A stretch of 62,639 bases of DNA, the filler included, from Chiloscyllium plagiosum (taxonomy: Eukaryota): assembly GCF_004010195.1 (NCBI RefSeq). It is 3 parts of one record of this genome, joined end to end, with 100 filler letters (N's around TTAATTAATTAA, not from the genome) between each part and the next. Parts side by side here need not be neighbours in the genome. Positions count along the whole stretch, not along the records: positions 29,987 to 60,441 come from NC_057712.1; 2 more parts are not named here. One strand, written 5' to 3'. The position numbers and the translations under genes were made by a program. The notes beneath the pieces are model-generated. The model saw only the letters and a list, made by a program, of their open reading frames with translations. It did no database searches and was not told where the DNA came from. Shown in pieces: positions 39,701 through 49,449 of this stretch. How positions within the stretch are numbered: position 1 is the first letter of the stretch; each line of letters begins with the position of its first letter.

Positions 39701-40350
39701 TGATCCACCTTCCGCGCAACGTCATCACAACATGCGCACCGTCTTACGTCATCGCGCTCTGTGTAAACATTGCGTCCTCTGACGGGATTCCCTTCACGAC
39801 CGAAACGCCCCCTCTTCCCCCACCCCCGCCCCAATCACCCTCACACATACCCACCTCCACGAGAGGAGGGGATGTGACAAAACTGAAAAAAAGAAAAATC
39901 CCAATTTCCACGGTGTATTTTTTGGTTCCGCACTAACTGATTTCATTCGTTTATATTTTTCAAAGAAAGATCACGTTCGTCGGCCGGGGCGGCGCATTGC
40001 ATTCTGGTAATCGCAGTCTTACGGACGGGTCACCCGCGGCTCGTATTAACCGACCATTGGAAAGTATCGACGGGAGGATTATTCCTTGTGTTTGCGGCGA
40101 GGGTTCGATCTTTCCCTCCTCCAGACCCCGCGGGACAGGTCTATCATTCGGGTCCTGACGACGCGATCGCAAGACTACATTACCCACAAGGCCGTTCGCG
40201 TCGCAACGGGCAGTGGCCCGTCGTTGGCGTCACGGACCGGGATGAGACGTGCGTCCTGACGTTACCACGACTGGCGCATGTGCGCGATGAGGTCATCGGG
40301 GAGCGTGCTGATGGGGGTGGGGGAGTGAGAAAGACAGAGGGAGGAAGCGC
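39520..40350. promoter_or_regulatory. CpG-island bidirectional promoter
   Basis: The only CpG-dense unique segment in the window. Two divergent ZNF143/SBS-type motifs (39993-40018 minus GACTGCGATTACCAGAATGCAATGCG; 40173-40193 plus GACTACATTACCCACAAGGCC), CRE/ATF half-sites, NRF1-like GCGCATG, GC box plus CCAAT at ~39823-39836. Confidence 0.85.
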
Positions 40351-40540
40351 TGCTGTTGGGTTTCCTTCCTGGACTCGCTCTCCTTGGGACTGGTGTTTTA
40401 TTAATGGCTGTTAGTTTAAAACAGGAAGTAAATGAAATTGAAACGCAACTTTTAAAAAAAAATTAAATGAGTATTAAATGCATCTGGATGTTGCTTTTTA
40501 ACTCCGCACGTTTTGGGGCAAAGTTAAGCTGAAGTGAAAA

Positions 40541-40580
40541 ATGCCCAGAAGGAAACAGTCCAATCCTCAACCTGTGAAAA
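40541..40580 (+). CDS. znf513: First coding exon of a ZNF513-like C2H2 zinc-finger gene (MPRRKQSNPQPVK, phase-1 intron); remainder not recognised in the window
   Basis: AAA-ATG context, 13 codons + 1 nt, then a perfect donor GTAAGT at 40581. The peptide matches the recalled ZNF513 N-terminus MPRRKQSHPQPVK and lies directly downstream of the CpG island. Confidence 0.75.
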
Positions 40581-41080
40581 GTAAGTAGTCATTTGCAGTC
40601 TGTATAAATGAGGAAAAGCGAAGTGGGAGTTGGGGCTTCCTCTCCAGTTTCTGGTAAACTTGATTTCTCTCACTTGATCTCAACTCAAGATTCGTTTGAT
40701 TAAACAGAAATAAAAAAGTCTTAACTGGTGTTTATTGACTCCGTTGTGATGGGAATTAGGAGGAAATGCTATCACTTTTGAATATTGGTTTCAAGTGGTG
40801 CAGTCTGCAGCTCTTTTTGTGTCACTTTCTGCAAGTGGTGGCAGAGGCCTGTGATGCCTGAGTTGGAAACTGAGGTGGCAGAGTTAAAATTGGATTGGCT
40901 AAAGTAATTTGATGACACCTGATATTGGTGCAGTTTATTGAGTGGAATCTTTAATTTTGATCATGCCATTTTGTACAGGAGAATTGAAAAATCATTTCTC
41001 CTGTACAAAATGAATGACAATCCAAGATGCAAGATTTGGCTGTGGAAATGGACAGAAAGGTTAATTCTGTATGATTAGAG

Positions 41081-41208
41081 GGGAGAAAGTGAGAACTGCA
41101 GATGCTGGAGATCAGAGCTGAAAATGTGTTGCTGGAAAAGCGCAGCAGGTCAGGCAGCGTCCAAGGAACAGGAGAATCGACGTTTTGGGCATAAGCCCTT
41201 CTTCAGGA
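41081..41208 (-). mobile_element. PLE family B mini-insertion in intron 1
   Basis: TSD ATGATTAGAG at 41071-41080 and 41209-41218. Truncated at hammerhead stem I. Confidence 0.85.
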
Positions 41209-41974
41209 ATGATTAGAGAGGAGGCAGTTTCACTTTGGTCAGATTGAGTTATGGCTGTGTAGCCAATGTTCTGGTGGTAAGAGTAGGGGAGGGGTATGGG
41301 TTACAGAAAGAAGTGGAAAGCAGATTTTAAGGGTGTTGAAAAGTATGTAACCTTGTCTGAAATAGCTGAAACCAGATGATATGAGCCCATTTTGGAATTG
41401 AAGGAGAGACTAGTAATTTTCAATTTGCCGTACTGGTGGCCAATGCGAAGAGAAAAATGGATCGATAGACAGTGGTTCAGATCAAAATGTCAAATTCCTG
41501 AGGTCTGTATATATTTTGAGTTTATAAAGGTGCTGAGAAGGACACTGAAAAAACGGAGTCAAGCTGACCAAGTCCTGTCCTGGATAATGGTTTTAATAAT
41601 ATTAGGGTGGATACGAATGATGTTACAGAGATTGGAGGATGTAATCCAGATGATGTGTAGAATGTAGGGTTTGCTTCGATTTCGATCAAAGGGGTTCCAA
41701 GGCCAGAGTCAAGAAACAGGTTATTGTACCTGCTTACCATCTTAAATAATGAGAGAAAATGTTGGGGATACTCAATAGGTGTGACAGTTTCTCTCTCCAT
41801 AGATACATAGCTCAAATTTCTATTATCTGTTTCTGACACTGCAGATGCTGCCTGACCAGTTGAGCACTTTCAACATTTCCTGTTTTCATTCCAACATCAC
41901 AGTTTCTGCTTTGCTTCCAGTGAATAGCTAGGGTTCGCACTGGAATTAGGAGCAAATTAATTTTATTTTGTTTT

Positions 41975-43062
41975 TTGTCATTTGTGAGCATTTAATGTCC
42001 TCCCCTGATTGCCCTGGGGAAGGTAGTGATGAGCTACCTTCTTAAACATTACTATCCTTTGAATGGAGGGAAGCCCACAATCTTGTTTCTAAAGAGATGC
42101 TGTACACTGCAGCCTCTCTACATCTGTGGGTAGATGGGAATGCCAAATCAATCAATCTACTTTTTCTTGGATGATGTCAAGCTTCTTGAGTATTGTTGGA
42201 GCTACATTTATCCAGGCTGGTGAAGAGTATTCTGTCACAACATTTGACCTTACAATCAAAGGAATATAATTGTTGAAGCAGTTGAAGCTGATTGGGCCTA
42301 GGACAATACCCAGAGGATCTTCGGCAATGATGTTCTTGGACTGAGATGACACGTCTCCAACAAACACAAGCGTCTTTTTTTGTTTGTTAGGAATGACAAC
42401 ATCCAGCAGAGATTTTTCCACTTAGACTGCAGTTTTGCTGGGACTGCTTGATGTCAGATAGTATTGTCAAGGGTAGTAATGCTCAGCTCTATATCCATGC
42501 ATGAACCAAGATTGTAATGAGGCATGGAGGCAGGTTGCCTTGGCAGAACTGGAAGGTGTCACATTCCTGATGAAAGGCTTATGCCCGAAACGTCGACTGT
42601 CCTGCTCCTCAGCTGCTGCCTGACCTGCTGTGCTTTTTCTGATCTCCAACATCTGTAGTCCTCACTTTCTGCCTTGACATAACCCAAACTGAATGTCAGT
42701 GAGTAGCGTATTCCTTTGCAAGTGCTACTTGACAGCATTGCTGATAACCCCTTTTCATCATGGTGCTAATGATGAAGAAAAGATTGAGAGTGGTAATTGG
42801 CCAGTTGAATTTGACCAGGTTTTTGTGCACAGGAAATGCTGAGTAACCTCCTACACTGTCTAGTTGATTCTAGTGTTGTAACTGTGTTCTTGGGCAGCTT
42901 GGCTAGGTGTGGCCAGTTCCTGGAGCACACATCTTCAGTACTATTATTGGAATGTTGTCAGGGCCTGTTACCTTGGCAGTATCCAGTGCCTTCAGCTGAT
43001 TCTTGATATCATGTGGAATGAATTGAATTGGCTGAAGATTAGCATCTGTGATACTTGGGACC
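41975..43062 (-). mobile_element. Old L2/CR1-group LINE with a PLE mini-insertion (~42555-42670)
   Basis: GIVLGPISFNCFNN, EYSSPAWINVAPTILKKLDIIQEK. Hammerhead CTGATGAAAGGCTTATGCCCGAAACGTC at ~42567-42594. Confidence 0.6.
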
Positions 43063-43282
43063 ACTGAACCTATTGAAACCCAAAATTCTGAGGAGGCTTG
43101 ATAAGAGAACTAGAAACCTGAGAGTGTCTGTCTCACATTGAAGATGGTAATGCAGACCATTTGTTCTAAAAATTGTTCATCTCTGGAATTTCCTTCAGTG
43201 AGCAGTGGAGGCGAGATTATTGAAAATATTCAAGATAGAATTGGACAGATTTTTGCTCTATAAGTGAGTTGAAGGTTACAAA

Positions 43283-44670
43283 GAGTCAGAGACACGTATA
43301 TCGGGGAAGCAGACCCTTCAGTCCACTTCGTCCATGTTGACCAGATGATCCCAACCTAATTTAGTCCCATTTGCCAGCAGTTGGCCTCATAAACCCATCC
43401 AGATGCCTTTTAAATGTTGCAATTGTACTAGCCTCCTCCACTGCCTCTGGCAGCTCATTCCATACACGCACCACCCTCTACGTGAAGTAGTTGCCCCTTA
43501 GGTCCCTTTTGTAGTGTTCCCCTCTCAACCTAAACCCATGCCCTCGAGTTCTGGGAACCACCACCGCACTCCATGTGTATTCCATGAGACCTAACCTTGC
43601 TAACCAGTCTTCCATGGGGAACCTTGTCGAATGCCTTACTGAAGTCCATATGGATCACGTTCATTGCTCTGTCCTCATCAATCCTTTTTGTTAATTCTTC
43701 AAAAAACTAAATTAAGTTTGTGAGACATAATTTCCCATGTACAAAGCCATGTTGGCTATCCATAATCAGTCCTTGCCTTTCCAAATACATGCAAGTCCTG
43801 TCCTTCAGGATTCCCTCCAACAACTTGCCCATTACCAATGGCAGGAAAGTATAGGTAAGGCCATAGTTAAATCAGACACCATCTTTTGAATGGCAGAACA
43901 ATCAACAAGGTTCCTCATGGTACATTAGTTAGCAAGATTAGATCTCATGGAATACAGGGAGAACTGGCCGTTTGGATACAGAACTGGCATGAAGGTAGAA
44001 GACAGAGGGGGGTGATAGAGGGTTGCTTTTCAGACTGGAGGCCTGTGACCAGTGGAGTGCCACAAGGATCGGTGCTAGGCCCACTGCTTTTTGTCACTTA
44101 TCTAAATGATTTGGATGTGAACATTAGAGGTATGGTTAGTAAGTTTGCAGATGACACCAAAATTAGAGGTGTAGTGGACAGCGAAGAAGGTTACCTCAGA
44201 TTACAAAGGGATCTTGATCAGATGGGCCAATGGGTCGAGGAGTGGCAGCTGGGGTTTAATTTAGATAAATGCTGTATTTTGAATAGGCAAATCAGGGCAG
44301 GACTTACACACAGGTCCTGAGAAGTGTCGCTGAACAACGAGACCTTGGATTGCAGGTTCATAGTTCCTTGAAAGTGAAGTCGCAGGTAGATAGGATAGTG
44401 AAGAAGGTGTTTGGTATGCTTGTCTCTATTGGTCAGTGTGTTGAGTATAGGAGCTGGGAGGAGATGTTGCAGCCATACAGGATGTTGGTTAGGTCGTTGT
44501 TGGAATACTTCATTCAATTCTTGGCCTCCCTCCTTCAGAAAGGATGTTGTGAAACTTGAAAGGGTTGGGAAAAGACTTACAAGGATGTTGCCAGAGTCGG
44601 AGGGTTTGAACTATTGGGAGAAGCTGCATGGACTGGGGCTGTCTTCCCTGGAGTGTCAGAATGCTGAGGC
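43283..44670. mobile_element. Rearranged CR1 ORF2 (minus 43283-43845, plus 43886-44670)
   Basis: Plus: KVPHG, SGVPQGSVLGPLLF, SKFADDTK. Minus: DFSKAFDKVPHG and the 3' UTR. Confidence 0.82.
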
Positions 44671-45074
44671 ATGTCCTTGTAACTGTAGCTTCCTACTGTC
44701 TTGCTATTTTAAAAAAAAAATCTAATTTGTGAGAATTGCATCTCTAACTGGGTTTTGAAGCAAGTTTTAGACAAAACCATGCTTGATGTCCTTTGAAAGA
44801 TGTGATGCTAGTTTTCCACATGTTTCAAAGGCCTTTTTCTGTGATGAGGAAGATTCCAGTTTTAATCTGCAGTTTTTAGAGATACCTGATCTCAATAATG
44901 ACCAGTAGTCAGGCATTACAATTCATTGCTGTGCCTTTAGTGTAACGTGGAGAGGAGTCGAATTGCCCAAACTTTGTAATTTGGATCTCAGCCCATTATC
45001 TCTGGCAGTACAGCTGTACAGGCTGAGAGGGGCTAGGACTGCCCTTAGATGTGCTCTCCTTTATATTTGAATAG

Positions 45075-46486
45075 CCTCAAAGCCACTTGCTTCTTCCTTT
45101 CCCGCCAACCCAACCAATACCCTTCCACTGACACCCTCCTTCGACTGACTGAACTGGTCCTTACTCTGAACAATTTCTTTTTCCAATCCTCCCACTTCCT
45201 CCAAACCAAAGGAGTAGCCATGGGCACCCGCATGGGCCCCAGCTATGCCTGCCTCTTCGCCGGACATGTGGAACAGTCCATCTTCCGCAGCTACGTTGGC
45301 ACCACCCCCAACCTTTTCCTCTGCTACATGGATGACTGTATCGGCGCTACCTCGTGCTCCCACGAGGAGGTTGAACAGTTCATCCACTTTACTAACACCT
45401 TCCACCCTGACCTCAAATTTACCTGGACCGTCTCAGACTCCTCCCTCCCCTTCCTAGGCTTCTCCATTTCTATCTCGGGCGACTGACTCAACATGGGCAT
45501 TTACTATAAACCGACCGACTCCCACAGCTACCTAGACTACACCTCCTCCCACCCTGCCCCCTGTAAAAACGCCATCCCATATTCCCAATTCCTTCACCTC
45601 CGCCGCATCTACTCCNNNNNNNNNNNNNNNNNNNNNNNNNNNNNNNNNNNNNNNNNNNNNNNNNNNNNNNNNNNNNNNNNNNNNNNNNNNNNNNNNNNNN
45701 NNNNNNNNNNNNNNNNNNNNNNNNNNNNNNNNNNNNNNNNNNNNNNNNNNNNNNNNNNNNNNNNNNNNNNNNNNNNNNNNNNNNNNNNNNNNNNNNNNNN
45801 NNNNNNNATGCAAAACTTGCGCCCACACCTCCCCCCTCACTTCCCTCCAAGGCCCCAAGGGATCCTTCCATATCCGTCACAAATTCACCTGCACTCCACA
45901 CACATCATTTACTGCATCCGCTGCACCCGATTGGGGAGAAAGGCCGCTTACTTGCGGAATGTTTCAGAACACCTTTGGGACACCCGCACCAACCAACCCA
46001 ACCGCCCTATGGCTGAACACTTTAACTCCCCCTCCCACTCTGTCAAGGACATGCAGGTCCTTGGCCTCCTCCATCACCAGACCATGGCAACCCGACGCCT
46101 GGAGGAAGAGTGCCTCATCTTCTGCCTAGGAACCCTCCAACCACAAGGGATGAATGCAGATTTCTCCAGCTTCCTCGTTTCCCCAACCCCCACCTTATCT
46201 CAGTCTCAACCCTCGGACTCAGCACCACCTTCCTGACCTGCACTCTTCTTCCTGACCTCTCCACCCCCACCCCCTCTCCGGCCTATCACCCTCACCTTAA
46301 CCACCTCCCACCTATCGTATTCGCAGCGCCCCTCCCCCAAGTCCCTCCTCCCTACCTTTTATCTTGGCCTGCTTGGCACACCTTCCGTATTCCTGTAGAA
46401 GGGCTTATGCCCAAAATGTTGATTCTCCTGCTCCTCGGATGCTGCCTGACCTGCTGCGCTTTTCCAGCAACACATTTTTCAGCTCA
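45075..46486 (+). mobile_element. 5'-truncated Penelope-like element RT + GIY-YIG region (coding parent of the family B mini-elements), pseudogenised, gap at 45616-45807
   Basis: GVAMGTRMGPSYACLF, YMDD, LKFTW, LPFL, YYKPTDSHSYL, IPYSQF, CKTC, IIYCIRC, EHFN, LGTLQPQGMN. Ends in the family B pLTR. Possible TSD TTTGAATAG at 45066-45074 and 46490-46498. Confidence 0.9.
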
Positions 46487-47489
46487 GTGTTTGAATAGAC
46501 TGCCAATACTTGCTGCATAGGCTGGATGCAATGAATCATGTGTCTTTGCAAATTAAGATATTGATTCCTGAAACTATGTTCAGGAGAGGAAGGCAGAAGA
46601 AAATTGAGCATGCTTCAAAAGTATTTAAGCAGGTATTAATGATTTGATGGGCAGATTCTTGAATTGAATCAGGTCTTAAAAGTTTTATATTTTCTGCTAG
46701 CTTTTCCATTCCAACCAATCCACCAATCTGATGTTGTTTTCTTTAGCCACATTTTTTTCTTTTTTAACATTTGTTCATTTATTGCCAATCCCAGATTGCC
46801 TGTGAGAACATGATGGTGAGCCACAGTGTATTGCCGAAGGGAGTCCCAGTATTGTGGGTGTGAACAATAAGGGTATCTGAGTATAAATATTTATATGGAA
46901 ATAATTTTATAATGCATTTGTATGCAGTGCAGATGTATACTAACCATGTTAACTGTATTAGAATTGGAAAGTACTAGTTTTTGCGTTTAAATCTAGTGAA
47001 GTATTAGTATTTCATTATATCATTAATTAGATTGTTACATAAAGTGCTAAGTATTAGCAGTAAAATTAGGAACTAAATATGAAATGGAAGTGTTATGGAA
47101 ACTTCTCTGCTTGGCTGGATTGGCTGCACCATCAACAACGCACAAGAGGTTTGACACTATCCAGGATAAAGCAACTTACTTGATTGGCATTTCATCTCCG
47201 GTAGGTACTCATTAGGAGGGTCATGCCAGAATAGATGGAAATACTGAGTGCAACACTTCAGTGTTGACCGGTCTCCATAGTCTACCCTCCATAGACTCCA
47301 GGTTGTCCAAAACTCTGGCATGTCATCAGCACATCAAGTACCGATCACTTCTCATTCCTTGTGTTTGTTCACCAACGTTGACTCCTGATCAAGTGAAATC
47401 TTGATCTTTAAAATTCTTACTTCATCAAATCCCTCCATTCTCATGTGATATTGCTCTAATCTCCTTCGGCCCCATGCCAGCCTTTATTG

Positions 47490-48620
47490 TAAACGGTTTC
47501 GAGTACAAGAATAAATAACTTTTTTTTTGTTGATTGTATGGGGCTTTTATAGAGAGCAAACCTGGAACACTGCAGTCTCAGTCTAGATAATTAAAGAAGA
47601 ATATACTTGTGATCGTACAGTGAAGGTTCAGTAGGTTGGTTATGCCATTTACTAGACTAATACTTGGAAAGAGCGGATTGTCTTTATGAAGAAAAGCTAG
47701 ACAAACCAAGCCTGTATCCTCTGGAGTTTAGAAGATTGAGCAACTTCATTGAGCATAAGACCCTGAGGGAACTTGACCTGGTGGATGTCCAAAGCATATT
47801 TATTTGTACAGGAGAATCTAGAACTGGGAGTTATAGTTTGAAAATAACAGGTTGCACATTTAAGACAGATGAGGAAACAATTTATCTCGGCTGACCTTTG
47901 GAATTCCCTTCCTCAAAAGACAGTGGGTGTAGAATTTTAAAAAAAATTTTTTTAGGGTAAAATTACAGAAATCCTTGCTGACCAAGGGGATGAAAGATTA
48001 TCAAGGAATACACAGCAGTATAGGGATGTGGTTAAAATCAGGTCAGCCATGATCTTATGAAATGGCAGAGCAAGCTCAAAGGGCTGAGCAACTTGCTTTT
48101 GTTCCTTGTTTGTAAGAAAGGATTGTCCTGTTATCACTTTTAGATCAGCCTGTTTGAACATGGTTTTATGTACCTTTGGGCATGTGGAACTTGAACCTGG
48201 CTCAAAGGTAAGGACACTACCACTGTGCCACAAGAGCCCTGCAGTTTGTCCTATTATAAACTGGGTAGATTTGGCTCTCGATAATCTGAAGCTGAGTTGA
48301 ATGAGAAGTGATCTCTGTGAATCATTCAAGATTATGATACAGTAGACACCGAGATGTTTCCCCTGTCTGAGGAATCTAGAACAAGAATCAGTTTCATTTA
48401 GGACTGAGATTAGGAGAAATTCTTTCATTCGATGTGTTATGAACTGCTGAAATCCTTCACTCCAGAGTATTGTGGGTGCATTATCATTAACAATACTTGA
48501 GGAAAATTTGGCAAACATTTCGTGTCTCAGGGAATCAAGGGATATTGAAGCAGTCGAAGAATTGAAGCATGGTCATATTGAATGATTGAACTGACTCGAA
48601 AGGCTGTATGTCATATTCTG
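47490..48620 (+). mobile_element. Two decayed CR1 3' ends
   Basis: YEEKLDKPSLYPLEFRRL, GESRTG and similar degenerate motifs. Confidence 0.55.
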
Positions 48621-48758
48621 GTTTTGTTATGCCTCTGAACAGTACCTTGAGGTTTTCCTCATTCAAGATGTGATTTAAATATTTTTTGTTTTCCTTTTAG
48701 GAATCGGTGTTGAGGTTCTGATTGTTTCTAATTTGCATAAAAGGGATGGATTCAGAAA

Positions 48759-48911
48759 AGGAGAAAGTGAGGGCTGCAGATGCTAGAGATCAGAGCTGAA
48801 AATGTGTTGCTGGAAAAGCGCAGCAGGTCAGGCAGCATCCAAGATTAGGCAGCATCCTGTTCCTTGGATGCTGCCTGACCTGCTGCGCTTTTCCAGCAAC
48901 ACATTTTCAGC
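48759..48911. mobile_element. Hairpin PLE family B mini-insertion
   Basis: TSD ATGGATTCAGAAA at 48746-48758 and 48912-48924. Confidence 0.88.
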
Positions 48912-49449
48912 ATGGATTCAGAAACCCAAGATAAATTTTTCAAATCTGTAGTTCATCTAAATTGTGATTGAATTTCACATGGCTGTTAAATACTTCAAAA
49001 GCCTGTTAGTGATTGAAGCAATAGTTCATAGTTTAGGTATTATGAAATTAAGGAAGAAAATCTGAATCAATTTAAATGAATAGATTGTTACTTGCTTTTT
49101 GGTGTATAAAATGAACCGATTTATTCGGCTAAAAAAGATGCTGACTCAACACTTAAACAGTCACCCTCAACAAGATGAATAGAGTGATAAGCTAAATGAA
49201 CTGGTGTTTGTAAAACCGATAAAACAATAAAACAACAACATAACCTAGTCGCTCCTTAACTTAAATGGTATCCAGTTTAATGATTTGGATATTCAGATCC
49301 TGGACAGTGCAGAAATATAACCAGGAAGGTAAGTGATGAGGGGAGATAGCAGAAACTTGAGCTGGTAAGTCTTGAAATAAAACTATGACAGAATCTCAGA
49401 CAGATGGACAAGATGGTAGGCGAGATATTTTCTAATCCACCAGTTCAGA

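Noticed and set aside
48701..48760. Strong acceptor as exon 2 of the znf513-like gene
   Set aside because: The in-frame translation (RIGVEVLIVSNLHK..) does not resemble ZNF513, is interrupted by a PLE insertion and has no clear donor.
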